Made by a program: the position numbers and the translations under genes. Below the pieces are notes generated by a model. The model saw only the letters and a list, made by a program, of their open reading frames with translations. It was not told where the DNA came from and made no database searches. DNA of 64,000 nucleotides from Pseudovirgaria hyperparasitica (lineage: Eukaryota), in NCBI GenBank assembly GCA_010093815.1, contig ML996584.1; one strand, given 5' to 3'. Below are positions 25,668 to 39,131 of this stretch, in pieces (position 1 is the stretch's first letter; the number at the start of each line of letters is the position of its first letter).

Positions 25668-28600
25668 TTTTGAGAGTTTATGACGAAAATGAAACTGATG
25701 CCGAGTGGAGGGCGGATTCGAGTGGGTCAGAGTGAGGTCGACGACTGATAGAAGACACTACTGGTGTATCTGGAAAGCTTAAGCCAATTCAGCCCAAATG
25801 TGTATGTCGAGCTTTCCACCGTCGGAGGGAGTCTTGATGTTTGGACGCTGGTAAACAATCCCAGAAGCGGGATGTGTAGACCGTAAACAATTGAGATGTA
25901 TCTATGTGACGATTGAAGTACTCGTAGCAGTAGATGGAATTAGAGCAAGCTGCTCAAAGCTTGATAGAATACGAGAAGAAGTAGAGAATATTTTCACAGG
26001 AATGAGACCAGGAATGAGACTTGTATGAGGGCGCTTATAGTGAGAGGCGCAAGATATGGAGGGTGGGAAGGTATGTGGCGTGGACGCAGAGGTGGCGGGT
26101 AATGCAGAAGGCCGCGCTGCCAACGACCTGAAATAGGAGAAGCGCGAAGAAAGAACAAAGATGAACAGGACAGACGGTCGTAAGAACTGAAGCTGATAAT
26201 GATGAGCGAGTGACAGTCCGGCTCGTGGTGGACGAGCAGTGAGTTTTATATACTTGCTGACACGCAGACATAAACGGGGGACGGGAGACGGGTAACGGGT
26301 GTGGAGGCATGAATGAGCAGGCAACGAAGGTGCCATGGCAGGTCACATCTCACATCTCACATCTCGCATGCATCTCGTTACAGAAAGTCGTGTCTCTCGA
26401 GCCTCGAGGGTCCTGGACAAGGGCCCCAAGCAGGATGTATGCCACCAACACGGGCGGCTCAAGGAATTAGGACTGGGCACGCGTGTGGCGTTCGTTCTGG
26501 TTCTGTTTGATATGCCGTGTGGCATTTTTGCGGGAGAGTCAAGCAAAACGCGCGACGGCTGAGAAATGGATACTCACGAGTCGCACCTTGAAACGAAGTC
26601 TGGATCATTGAACATATTCCTGCATGCAACAGGCCCAGGATTGAGAAAGACAGGATATGCAGCGCATCTGCAGGACATCTCTCGTGTGCGTTGGAGGGGA
26701 AGAGAACTGAAGAATGAGAAAGAGGCAGAGGCAGAGAGAGGAACAGAACTGAGTTCGGTCGTCCGGCCGTCTCGGTTAACGATTGACGTCCACTAATGAA
26801 CAACAGTTATAATTAATTAGTACAACACGTCCACGATTATTCAACTCTAAGTTGTCGCTAACAAGTAATAGTTAACCTTGTTGTCGCTAAGCTTCCAACC
26901 ACACTTCTCTCCCGCTTCTCCCCCCTGTTGTCCGTCCCCTGACCCCAGCGCATTCATCATTACCACCCCCGTCGCTTTCTCCGCTTTGCCTCACCGTCCG
27001 TAGCAAGGTCCAAGGCGCTTATTATATATCTCTTACACTTTGACATTGTACGCAGAACGCTGGTCTCGCTTGACAGCACTCGTCCAAAAAGAGTCTCGTG
27101 CGCGCTGCTCGTCAATCTGCCAACCTAGCCTTCGACACCAGGGCTCTCGGTCGTTTTGGCTATGTTTCCCGCACTCCTAGGTAGCCTATTCGTATCATGT
27201 ATGAGACCGAGAAGTTATGCCCGCTCTTATTTAACATATTTACACATAACTGAGACAAGCCGCCATCTGGAGCCACTTGGATCCATTCCGTGTCTAGCCA
27301 TTTTACTGCGGGGAGGTCAAGTTAAATGCCTCAATGCAGCCAATTTCACCCACCTACACGATAGACAGGCCGCCAGTTGACATTAGCTTGTCTGTTGTGT
27401 CGGCCAGATACAACCTCAATAGGACAAACGAAGCTAGCTAATTAAGTGGCTTTATTGGCGACCAGGATTAACCGGTCACCGTCGACGCTGGCTTCTTTTC
27501 CCGATACACACCCCGTCTCCGTGATACCATGCAACAATATCATGTTACATGTAGCTATACTTGTACTTGTTTGTGGACCACGGCGCCTATGCTATCACGA
27601 AGCAGTCAGTAATCTCATGATATCTTCGCAGCAAACACCAACGCACCAACATACCAACGCGCTAACAATGTTCAGCGTTCTAGATCTATTGTTAATTATA
27701 TGTCCCTGCTGCCGCACATCTTAGGCCGACCAACCGTACGGCACGCCGCATCGTTGCATACCGCCGCGTGTCAATTTCTACGATCCCATCCGTAATCCTG
27801 GCACCACGCGAGCTGCTATGGTCCCGTGTAGCTTGCTCCATGCTCTGCTTGACATGCACTCCAGGTTGGTGACTGTTGAAGGATCTGTCGTGATGTTGGG
27901 TCTAATCCTCCAAGCCAACCACCCACATAACAAGAAACACAGTTTCACATATTCCTCAGGCAGCTCATCGTTTCAAACATGTCTTCCCTCAGGAATCCTG
28001 CTACCTTTGAGGTTTGAACACGATTGTGGGGTTGATTGACGTCGCGAAACCGTTGCCGCTCTTATCATGTCTCAACCTGTCTGCACTCCCCGGCTGCCCC
28101 ACGCCTCCACCTAATCATCACAGACTAACTCCAAACAGGCAACTGTTTATGACTTTGGAAAATGGCATTTCGCAAGGCACCGACTGACGTCCACCAGACC
28201 ATTCGATTCTTTTCTTGTAATTTGAGCTTTCGAGGTTATCTGCCAGACGAGCGACATATCACCACAGCCTCGATCACGTATCCATACCTCTCGCCAAATG
28301 CCCATGATGAGGAGATGGTCAACACAAAGCCTCAATTGCGCCGCAGTGCGTACATTACGTGCTTGGTTGTGACTCCCGTACCAGACATTGCCAACTAGCA
28401 TCTGATCACTCGACCGGACGTCACAATGCAGCAGTCAACACGGCTGCACTATTCCGTACATTCGCCAAACTACACCACCCATGATTTTCAAATTTAGCCC
28501 GATCGCGGTTGGGCAATAACGACATACCAACCCTCTATTATTACAAAGTCGTCAGTCCCTCACTCCGTGCCACTCGACGTTCACCATTTTTGCCACCAGC

Positions 28601-29562
28601 GTCGCTGAATGCGGCCCGCAAATATGCGGCACAAGACCTTTGTCCGCTATCCTGCATCCTTTGTTATAACGTCAAATGCATCCACCCAAACGCAGAGTAG
28701 TAATCGAACCAGTGTGTTGCGGCAGTCAGCCCTTGATTCTCGCACAGGATTCCTGATCTGATGCTGGTTCCAATTAATCAGAACCATGTAGCAACTCATT
28801 ACAGACCCTGAACAGGTCGAATGCAATGGCTTCATCTCATTCGTTCAGAGCCAACTCCTCGCGTGGTAGGGATATGTGGTTCCCGGCTCTGGCATGGCGC
28901 AGGACACGTGCTTCTCAATGAGTTGCTATTATCTCTCCTATCAACTCAGTATATCACCCATATTGCAAGCGGCGTCTTCGTGGAGTAACGCCATTCGTTT
29001 CTGGACAAGCTGAGAGCGTTGTGTCCAATGGCCCCTCTGGATATGAAAGTGCTTCGAACCTTTTCGGTGTAGATGAGCTATACGCTAGTAGGTTTATGAC
29101 CGAGCCAGATGATGGATACATGTCATTCTGAGCATGAGTACTGCTCTACTGGCAAGCCCTACGCGATACGCGTTTAAGAACTCGGATACATTGACTAGAC
29201 ATTCTTTCGCCGGGCGCGTTCATAAGATCGATCGTACAGGCAATGTTTGATGAGATCGCGCATAATAGTGGTAAGAGTGTCAGAGGAGGACCAGTCTGGT
29301 TGACGAAGTTGCCAGGGTCTACACTTGCTGTGTGTGTGACAGCGGGATGAACATTGCCACAGATAGATCGGCCGACCGGATACAGCTGCTAACCAGACTG
29401 TTGGAATGAACTTGGAGCTGAAAATATACATGAACGTTCCCTAATGCCACTTTCCCTGTCCTCACTTTCCAATACCTGTTCTGCTATTCCCAACCCTCCT
29501 CATCTTACATATCTTCATTCAAGCGGATGCCTTGTTCACGCGCGGGACTATTCCTCCTCCTT

Positions 29563-30018
29563 CTACCCGGTCCGACTCGGTCGAATCTTACTGACATCAA
29601 TACCCTTGGTAGTACCCAGGGCGGCCTGATTCACCGTCTGTTGATAAACCGGCGGCATTTGATCTCCAAGCGCCGCTTGCTCGCCTCGCCCGTCAGTCTC
29701 CATTGCTATGCCATTCTCAATCTCCAGCTGCCGCGCCTTAGCTTTGGCTTTCTTCTTTCGATTGTACATGATTCCCGTGTATGCGACAATCAAGCTCACG
29801 ATTGCAAAGACGCCGCAAACGACGCCCAGCGCGACACCTGTTTTGGCATCGCCAGTAAGACGCTTAAGGAGGTGCGTTGAGTCCGTCGAGGAGCTGCTGC
29901 TGGGGGCCAAGGTTTGGAAGTATGTGGGACGAGTGATTCGCACAGAGGTGGTGGTTGAGGTAAAGAAGAGAAGTGTGATGAGAGACCATAGGGCTGTCAT
30001 CGATGCTGCGGATGCCAT
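29563..30018 (-). CDS. Small single-pass membrane protein
   Basis: Hydrophobic N-terminus, Ser/Thr stretch, LLKR, TM GVALGVVCGVFAIVSLIVAYTGIMY, basic stop-transfer RKKKAK and cytosolic PPVY. Confidence 0.7.
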   Translation of the reverse strand: MASAASMTALWSLITLLFFTSTTTSVRITRPTYFQTLAPSSSSSTDSTHLLKRLTGDAKTGVALGVVCGVFAIVSLIVAYTGIMYNRKKKAKAKARQLEIENGIAMETDGRGEQAALGDQMPPVYQQTVNQAALGTTKGIDVSKIRPSRTG

Positions 30019-31295
30019 CTTGCAGATCGCGCGAGGAATCAGATGGTGCTGTTGGATGCGGCCCTGATTCAAGGAAGACTTTCCGAGCTCTTGTGATGTC
30101 TCTAATGTGCCAACTATCTGGTTGCTTCTCCACTCACGAGTTATCAACCGTCCCGATCAACACGGGTCCTGTCGCATAGTAGGCGAGCAGGAAGAAGAGA
30201 AATGTCGACGTCCTCACAAGTAAGATGTAAGACGACAACATGATTACGTGAGTAGGCAGACGACATGTTGCATCTTTCGTCATGCCGTTCGATTCCATCC
30301 ATGGATGTAGTCTTGCTGCTTCGAGAAGGCCATTGGCGCCATCGCTGAGATCCTGATCCTTTAGCGGCAAAGCGATGGGCGAGGAGCCGAGTGACCTTCC
30401 TTTGATGGAAAGGCTTGGGGTACACGTGCCGTCTGACCCACCCTCCAATTGTTGTGCGCGGGAGTCGGTCAAGGCTTGTAGTGGCAGAGTGCCAATGTTC
30501 AACAAGCTTTGATGGGGCAGGGGATGAAGTCTGGAGATAATGTCGCGAACTGAGAACACATGTACTGCATTGGTGAATGTTCTTTGCAGATTAATTATCT
30601 TCCCTGCCGGATGATATGCCTTTGCATCGTGGGTCTCAGCATGGCCGAGACGTCCGTCATGAATTTTGTCCAAATGCGACTGCTTAGCCGGCTCCGATTG
30701 ACCTCTGTCTATCAAGTGTTGATGATAGTGGTGAACGTCAACGGCATTATCAGACTGGATGGGTTGGCTCCTCAGGCCCCAAGCTGTGTCCGGTAAGCTC
30801 ACTATCCTGAATATCTTATACTGCAGCTGAGGGGGGGTTGCAATATAGGAAGACAATCTAAGCTACCCATCTCATCCCTACAAGTAAATCACATATACCT
30901 ACCTATACCTAACTAACTTACAAGATAGTAGGGACCTAGCAGTGTTAATTAGGAGAGTGTTAGCACACGATAGACACCTGAGGCAGCAACCGAGCGAGCC
31001 TGGGAGCTTCAAGCGGGGCTGTTGCAGCGCTCAAGGTTCGAGCTAAGCCGAACCGAGGCCCATGATGAACGTGATTACAGGTTATATCATACCTAGGTAT
31101 ACCTTTCAAAGTATACCTTTCAAAAGGTTGCTCACAGCTTCAACGTTGTCGTCACCTCTCTCAACACTGGACCTCCCCTTTGTTTAACATCTACCGTGCA
31201 AGTCTTCGACGAAACCACCTTGCATCTGTATCGCATCATCTCACACTGCGCTCAAGCAACTACATCCACGGACCAGATCGAAGAACCTGTTCGCA

Positions 31296-33079
31296 ATGAC
31301 GTCTATTCCAGCATTTGAGCATACGCCCATCGACAAGATATCTAACATTTGTGGAGACGTTCGCAATGCCTTTCTTTCCCATAAGACCAGACCAATCGAG
31401 TTCAGGCTTCAGCAACTGAGGAAGCTCTACTGGGGGTAAGTGATATTTCATGCCCTGTCTGGGTCTTAGCCTATCACCGATACAGGAAGCAGACAGCTAA
31501 CAAATCAATTGACAGACTGAAAGACCACCGCGAAGCCATTGTCGAAGCCTGCAAGAAAGACATCGGCAAGTCAAGCTTCGAAACCTACCTGACTGAGAGC
31601 TCTTGGTGTGAGAATGACATTATCTTCATGTGTAACAACCTGGAGGCCTGGGCAAAGGACGAGAAGGCACCAGATGGAAAGCTCATGGACACGGCATTCA
31701 GCCCAAGAATTAGGAAAGAACCATTGGGCACTGTATTGGTCATTGGGTGAGCTCCACAATACCTCACTACATCCATGGAGGTCGCTTCGTGTCTGACTTG
31801 ATATTTCCAGTGCCTACAATTTTCCCATCCAACTTTCCCTTGGACCGGTCATTGTTGCCATTGCAGCTGGCTGTACAGTCGTTCTGAAGCCTAGTGAGAA
31901 TGCGCCTCACGCCGGAGCTGTCATGCAAAAGATTCTGGCCGAATATCTTGACCCCACATGCTATACCACCATTCAGGGCGCCGTCCCCGAAACCACCGCA
32001 GTCTTGGATCAGAAGTGGGACAAGATCTTCTACACGGGCAGCGAAGCAGTCGGAAAGATCATCGCAAAGAAGGCTGCCGAGACTCTCACACCCATAACAC
32101 TTGAGCTCGGCGGTCGAAACCCAGCCATTGTCACCAAGAATGCTGACCCACGTCTTGCTGCCCGTCGCCTCATGTGGGCGAAGTGTCTGAACGCGGGTCA
32201 AGTTTGTGTCTCGCAGAATTATACCCTCATCGATAAGTCCATTCTCCCGGCTTTCATTGAGCAAGTCAAAAAAGCGCTCGGCGAATTCTTCCCCGACGGC
32301 CCTCAGAAGTCCGCCGATTACGGTCGCATCGTCAACAAACGTCAATTTGATCGCCTCAAGAAGCTACTCGAGTCCACCAAGGGCACCATCCTCCATGGCG
32401 GTCACATGGATGAAGCAGACTTGTACATTGAGCCAACCGTAGTGCAGGTCAATGACGAGCATGACCCTCTCCTAGCTGATGAGTCCTTTGGTCCGCTCAT
32501 CCCCGTCCTGGCTGTGAACGACATTGACGAAGCTATCCGCATCGCTAACTCCGTGCATGACACTCCGCTAGGGATTTACCCCTTTGGTACTACTGCCGAG
32601 ACTGATAAAATCCTGAACCAGACTCGCTCCGGTGGCGCATCAGTTAATGATGGGTTCTACCACGCATCCATTCCCACGCTGCAGTTTGGCGGTGTAGGTA
32701 CATCCGGTCAGGGCGCATACCGTGGGCGTGCGTCGTTCGAATGCTTCACTCACCGCAGAAGTGTGACAACCACGCCGGGCTGGATTGAGGGTCTACTAGA
32801 CGTCAGGTACCCGCCATACAACATGAGCAAGCAGAAGCAATTCGCCAGATTGAACGAGGCGACCCCGAACTTCGATCGCCAAGGACGCGCGAAGGCAAGC
32901 TGGGGTGGCTGGCTCATTGGACTAGGTGCCAACAGCAAGGGTAGTGGATTGGTCAGGTGGGCGGTACTGATTGCTCGTGAGTGAACTTCGCTAACTATAC
33001 TAGGTGACCGTTACTAATAATATCATGTGTAGTCGCCTATGCTACGAAACATTATATGCAGAGGACATCGAAGTTATAG
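31296..33079 (+). CDS. Aldehyde dehydrogenase, ALDH3/fatty-aldehyde (Hfd1/CarD-like) family
   Basis: KEPLGTVLVIG, VLKPSE, FYTGS, TLELGG, NAGQVC, ESFGP and FGGVG motifs; three introns; C-terminal hydrophobic anchor. Confidence 0.93.
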
Positions 33080-33534
33080 CCTTAATAAGGAGTGAATTGG
33101 TGGAATTGGGATTATCATGACAGAAACGAAATGTCTGGGCGGTCTGATTAATCTATCGTGTAAAACTATGCATCCTCTCAAGACGTCCTACGTTCATCAT
33201 AATGGAAGTAAAGAGGCCTCAATCCTATCAAAGACATGAACGTGCAATCATGGTCATTGGACATTGAGTTGTGATTGGTCCCCGCACGGTCTCGACAGTT
33301 GTTGCATAACGCTAGCCTCATCCGGGCAGAACCTGGCCGTCCTCGTCCTCGTATGAGGTTTTGCCTCGCCATCATCATCACCACCTCACACACGTCTACT
33401 ATACCACGACCAACCCAACTTCCGAGTCTTCTAACCATTACCCGATAATCTCAACGTGTACGAAGCTCCAACACCTCCACACTTATTCTGCGAACATGTG
33501 TCTTGCCTAAATCTTTCTTTTAACAACTTCTACA

Positions 33535-34359
33535 ATGGTCAAATTCTACGAAACCTCCTACAGCTACGACTACTCTTTCTCTGCCGTCGCCCTGGCGTAC
33601 TTTCTTCGCTACCCTAATCCTTATTCTACACATGTCGTCTCCACTGATGTAATCGATCGATCTTACGACCCGGCCTCGCAACAACTCACTACCACGCGCC
33701 TCCACCTCAAGAAATCCCGCGTGCCCGCCGCTGTTCTCGCCCTTCTGCCTCGTCGAGCCGTTGGAGCAAGCGAAAAAGGTGACAGTCAATCCTTCATCCT
33801 CGAGACTTCCACTGTGGACATCAAGAATGGGTGGATGAAGACTGAGAGTCGGAATTTGGAGTGGACGGGGGTGCTCAGCGTGATTGAGAAACAGATGTAC
33901 CGGCGACCGATTGAAGTAACGAATATCACGTTCAGCAACTGCGAGAATGCGGCGGCGGCACACGGGATCATTGGGCCGAACAGTCGTGAGGCAGACCTCA
34001 AGACCTACGAGAAGACGGATGTGACGACGACTGTAGTATTACAGAGCCGGGTGAACCTTTTGAAGTGGCGGTCAAACAGCAGCGGGACGATGAACGGAGA
34101 TGAAAAGCAAGGGTTTTTCAGTCGATGGAGTATGGGACCTGTGCAGCGCAGTATTGAAAGCATCGGCTTTAAGAGAGCGCAGAGGAGCCAGCCAAACGCG
34201 AAAGAGGGGATGAAGGTTGTGCTGGAGCGATTGAGACAGGGAGGGTTAGTGGCTGTGTTGGATGGGATGAGGAGGGATCGCGAGGAGGCGAATCAGGGTG
34301 TCTTCAAAAGACGGTATGGTGAGGGAGATGATACGAAGGCAACGGAGGTTGATGAGTAG
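33535..34359 (+). CDS. UPS1: PRELI/MSF1-domain mitochondrial lipid-transfer protein (Ups1-like)
   Basis: MVKFY start, YFLRYPNPYSTHVVSTDVIDR, SRNL and KEGMKVVLERLR motifs. Confidence 0.88.
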   Translation: MVKFYETSYSYDYSFSAVALAYFLRYPNPYSTHVVSTDVIDRSYDPASQQLTTTRLHLKKSRVPAAVLALLPRRAVGASEKGDSQSFILETSTVDIKNGWMKTESRNLEWTGVLSVIEKQMYRRPIEVTNITFSNCENAAAAHGIIGPNSREADLKTYEKTDVTTTVVLQSRVNLLKWRSNSSGTMNGDEKQGFFSRWSMGPVQRSIESIGFKRAQRSQPNAKEGMKVVLERLRQGGLVAVLDGMRRDREEANQGVFKRRYGEGDDTKATEVDE

Positions 34360-35829
34360 CTATGCTCTTGGAACGGTTTCACTGTTCATTTTTTGTACAA
34401 AGTTCTTTTATTATTTAGCGTGGCGTCTAGGTTGTACTGTTTGGAAAAGCATCAAACAAACGCCAAATGCCGCTGGGTGGGCGGACCGAGAGCTTGTATT
34501 TGTTGGCACGGTATTGGTCGATGGACTGTATAACATGGATATCGGGCACCCAACGCTCTCGATAACTTCAAACGGAACCACTTCTCTCTCCATCTCGGCC
34601 AAGAGTATTCAAATGTATACATGTCACATGCATCGAAACATGTTCAATTTCATATCCATTCAAAACATTCGGATGTTCCGCCGGTCTGAAGCACGTTCGA
34701 TCTCGTTTCACTTTGTAATCCAAACCATGTTTGCATGGATGCTGTCTCGAAACGTGCCCAATATCTGTTCCACAGACAGACCTGTGCGAATCTAAAAATC
34801 TCAAAGATGGTGCACAAGCAGATCGCCCTGTCGTAATTGCCAATTTTATTCATGTATATATATGACAGTCGTGTCAGTTTTACAGTATGATCCTTGGCTA
34901 TCGATATGAGCATGCAGACACGATGCCTTCTATTTGACATTCACACTCCTCGGGAGCGGTACTCCTTTCATACTCATGTCGAATTTAAGGTGCCCATGCG
35001 ACTCTCATTTCCAGAAATGTAACTTAGCTCCCCTAATGATACAAATCAATGTCGAGTCACATAATGAGCGCATCTACGCCGTAATTTCGTGACTCCTCGC
35101 TAGTCGTTTGGTTATATGCAGTAGTATGCGTACTCTATAGTATGTTTTAGGGACAATATAATCAATGCCAATCCTTGACGATCTCATGTCAATAGCAGCA
35201 CATACACCACCAAATAATATGGAGGTCTGACCTGACCAGCTGAAAGAAGAACTGGGATTCACACTGTGTAGCTTCTGCTGATCGCCTTGTCCTTCCCGAA
35301 GGTTCTGGACTCTACTAAAGATATCGCCTGCTTTGCTTCGAGGGCTATTGCAATTGTCGGGCAGCGGCCCCATCGCCTGAGCATAATGTTTACAGGCATG
35401 CTCCGATGATGCTATTCAGTGCATACGCCCAGCTTAATAAGTACACGAGTCGCCGTCAGAGTTCGCTTTGTTATGTTTCTTGTATCACATATTAGCCACG
35501 GGAAGAGAAGAGAACTCGTTCTTCTCCCTAAGACATCTAGAGTTTGAAGTAAGCGGGCACATATTCTAATACCACGCTGCCGAATCCTCAGAGATCCCAT
35601 TACAGTCTTGACTCACGCGACAAAGATTATAGGGGCTTCTACGCCCATAGGGCCAGTGATCAAACGTATCCTATTTGGCTTTATGGTGTTGAGGTTGTTT
35701 GGTACGTCAAACGTGTGGGCGGTTTCCGACTTTGCCGGGGTTTCATAGATATTGCTAGCCATGAGATCTCGCTGTGAACTTGTTCTTCTGCAGGGTGCTT
35801 ACCGCATCTCTCTTTGATTGTTCCACGTC

Positions 35830-36831
35830 TTATAATTTCGCTGCCCCTTCAACATCCCATGTCGCTTTTGCTCTCGCGCATACCAACCCGTCCAGTGTCT
35901 CCAGCGTTGCCTGCACCACCACATCCTCCTCAGGACTTGGTTTCCCGAACGTGAACCATCCCTTCTTCTTTTCTTCTAGAGCATCTCGTAATTTCCTATC
36001 ACCTTGTGGTTCCATTCCTGTGTGCAGATTCTTTGCAGTCGGTATCATGGCTCCAGCGTCAACGTCTACCTTGACGACGTAATATCTATTTGCCATCGTC
36101 GGCTTCAGATAACTCAATTCTACCCCTTTACACATCTTCGGCTCGTCCAGTCCCCGATCCGGCCCTGCTACTGCCCGAGTACACGCTTCGTCGAGCAACG
36201 TTGCGATAGCCCCTCCATGCGTTATATTGGGCCACCCAGATAGATTTCCACCGAGCCAGACGACCGCAACAAGTGAATGTGTGTAAGAATTATAGAAGAC
36301 GCGCTGTGGCCCGAAGAGACCGGAGGCATGCAGTGTAGACACTGTCAGTGTGCGCGTCCCTGTGATCGTGCGAGGAGTAAGTGGGTTCGCTGGCAACGTG
36401 CCTTCGGGGGATTCGGTCTCAGCAATGTTGTCGATGAAGAGTTCACGCCATGCGCCAACCTCGGCGTCTGCGTTGATAGTCGTAGACTTTGTTTTGATGC
36501 GCATAGAGGCGACCAGTGCGAGCTCGTCGATATCGTGGGCGATCTTATCGAGAATGATTTGATCTTCAGGGCTGCCGGGATCGGGGTACCATGGCGGACG
36601 AATGAAGGTGCGGACGGACTCGCCAACGACGTAGCCAATCGAGAGTAGGATGAAGGCGGTGGCCCAAGGGACGAGCGAGGGTTGCTTATGAGTTCGAGGG
36701 GGGTTAGATGCTCGTTCAGCAGAGCCAGTACTGAAGCGGGCAGTTCGTAGGCACGTGGAAATGTAAGATGAGCCGATGGGACTGCGGTACCATCGGAGGG
36801 CGAGTGGTTGTGCACACCGCAATCGGGTCAT
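35830..36831 (-). CDS. Mitochondrial hotdog-fold thioesterase (Fmp10/THEM4-like)
   Basis: Arg/Ser-rich presequence, one TM, GWPNITHGGAIATLLDE hotdog motif and LSYLKPT. Confidence 0.85.
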   Translation of the reverse strand: MTRLRCAQPLALRWYRSPIGSSYISTCLRTARFSTGSAERASNPPRTHKQPSLVPWATAFILLSIGYVVGESVRTFIRPPWYPDPGSPEDQIILDKIAHDIDELALVASMRIKTKSTTINADAEVGAWRELFIDNIAETESPEGTLPANPLTPRTITGTRTLTVSTLHASGLFGPQRVFYNSYTHSLVAVVWLGGNLSGWPNITHGGAIATLLDEACTRAVAGPDRGLDEPKMCKGVELSYLKPTMANRYYVVKVDVDAGAMIPTAKNLHTGMEPQGDRKLRDALEEKKKGWFTFGKPSPEEDVVVQATLETLDGLVCARAKATWDVEGAAKL

Positions 36832-37212
36832 TGCTAACACAATGTCTACGTGGAATTGTGGATAGAACACACCTAAGTAGGTAGATTATTTACAGGGCAA
36901 GCCCCGCCCGCCCCAAGTCAGCCGAGGAAATACCGGCAATCTGCATATACTGTCACCTAGCGCGGGCCGCGTCTATCAGCTAAATGAGACTTCTATGCAC
37001 GTGGGATGTTAGACGCTTTGGCAGGGGTATCATTGGACTGAATAATCAATGACGTGGCCTGGCCGGGCCGTACACCTTTTACGATGAATACATCATCGAG
37101 CGCTTTCATTTAGCAAACGCCCTTCGAAGATATAATGTGAGTTTGTGGTTTACAATGCGCCTGGTCTCATATCTTCTGATCTTTCTCCTCCTACTCGAAA
37201 ATATTTCCTAAT

Positions 37213-37584
37213 ATGCTCCATGCAGATACTCGTAGAACAATGGAACGCCCGAACGATGCCACTCATGTTGACTTGGGCGACCCTTTTATGATAACTGCTC
37301 CGTGGACGAACGACCCGAGTGAGCTTGATCTAGAAACCTACTTTCACCCTCTCCGGCCAAACGTGGGAGATCAATTTGGAATCCCAAACATACGACCCGT
37401 GATTAGAAATTGTCAGACAGAGGAGTTCTTGCTGATGGATGTTTCCAATCGATTCTACACCTGGTGTGTTCTTTCGGGTCGATTATTTCGAATTAGGCTG
37501 AAGGGACTGACGCAAATGGATGCTGCCATGTTAATGATGAATGGTTTTGAACCTAGGCTATTACGAGAGATGCATACTCCTTAG
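37213..37584 (+). CDS. Hypothetical protein (123 aa)
   Basis: ATG-initiated ORF in a gene-sized gap with protein-like composition; no recognised motif. Confidence 0.45.
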   Translation: MLHADTRRTMERPNDATHVDLGDPFMITAPWTNDPSELDLETYFHPLRPNVGDQFGIPNIRPVIRNCQTEEFLLMDVSNRFYTWCVLSGRLFRIRLKGLTQMDAAMLMMNGFEPRLLREMHTP

Positions 37585-37832
37585 CGTTTGTGCATATTGA
37601 TGTGCTCTAGAATTCGTGATATATATCGCGAATAGAATGTGTACAGCGGACAGAGATGCATTCGTCCTTGGTTCATATTGTATCATACCAGCCGACTAGC
37701 TCCAGGTTTTGAACCAGCCCCTATGATTCGAAGCAGCCACAGCTCAGAAAAGATACCTGATGAGGACGACATTCATGCAAGTTCAAACGCTGGAATCCAT
37801 GTTCCCAATCCATGATGCAAAGACCACATTCC

Positions 37833-38561
37833 TTAACGCGACGTAGGCTTTGGCTTTGATGCCGCACCCTTCGCACCCTGCTTGCTTGCAATCCGCGAAG
37901 TCTGTCCACGAGAAGCAGCAGAAGCAGACTTTGCCTTTTCGGCCTTCTTCTTGGCCTCAGACTCTGCCTTCTTGTCCTTCGCTTGTTTGATTGAAGCCTG
38001 GCGGGCAGCAGCGCGCGCTTCCGGGCGCATGCTACGTTTCTCCTTGATTACGTCGAGCGAGGCACCGACGATGGCACGCTGGTGTTTTACTGTACGGCGG
38101 GTACGCTTCTTTGCGACTTCCTAGAGCGCGTCTTGAATTAGCTAGGTGTTTCTCGCGCAAAGATTTACGAGGTAATAACGTCATGTGAAAGAATCTTGCG
38201 TGTTGTAAGAAACCAGTGTGCGAATCCATACCTCTGAGATGCCCTTCTTGTGAGCTCTTCGGAAGAGAACCGTCCATGCGATGCGGCGAGGGTTCTTGCG
38301 CTGAAGGAACAAACTTTCCGACTTGCCATTTTGAAAGCGGAATATCTTGCTGTCGCCACGGACGTAAAGTTTTCCCTGTAAATATATTGCAGTTAGTGAT
38401 TAATTCGAACGCTCTCTTGCCCACCATCTCGTATCTTTCCATTCCTGTAGTGGCTCTGTCTCGGTCGAGTTCGATTCATGCTTGGGGTTCAAGGGATACT
38501 TGACACGCACCTTTCCAGGGTAGATCTTCGCACCGCTGAAGGTATCGTCGTAAGTACGCAT
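37833..38561 (-). CDS. RPL24: 60S ribosomal protein L24 (eL24)
   Basis: [52 protein letters not shown]...|[22 protein letters not shown]; two coding introns plus a likely 5'-UTR intron. Confidence 0.96.
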
Positions 38562-39131
38562 TTTGGCGGTTTTGTCGATGCGTACCGGCTGCTGTGGTTA
38601 GTGTCGTTACCGTAAAGTCGAATTCGATCAACGGGGTTCTGAGTGTGGGCGTCGCTTACTCGTCCCATCCGAGGACTAGCCGGCTACATCACTAGCGTGC
38701 TCCGCCAAGACTTCACTTTTGCAGGGGCAGGTGGCCACCTCAGCTTCTACGAGGCCCGTATAGTATGAATGTGCAAGGTTTAAAATATTTACTAATCTAC
38801 CTGAAGGCCATCTGAGGGACATAAATACATCTCTGTCAGTCCTCTCTCGCACCTAATGGCCCCAAAGCCTGATAGGAAAATCATGAGAGCATAGTTAACG
38901 CATGAAAAATATTAGTATGTAGAATTACGAATCAATTGCACGTATAGCAATAGACATCCTTGTGAAGAATCATGCAAGCTTTCGCTAATATCAGAATGCA
39001 GTATTGAGCCATGGTTCACAGTAAGCAACTAAGCAGAAGGTCCAATCTAGACGACTGATACATCTGTTCAAGGGAATATGTTAGCGTAAGTACAGAGCAA
39101 TAGATGGCAGCAGTTGCAGCAGATAAAAGTT

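Noticed and set aside
30134..30856. 240-codon minus-strand ORF
   Set aside because: Non-ATG start and no domain-like features; probably promoter/UTR between the TM gene and the ALDH gene.
31034..31054. GGTTCGA hairpin as a possible tRNA T-arm
   Set aside because: No cloverleaf, D-arm or acceptor stem around it.
31767..32345. Long antisense ORFs over ALDH and similar ones over DUF3455, MFS, nimA and BTB genes
   Set aside because: Shadow ORFs caused by codon bias of the real gene on the opposite strand.
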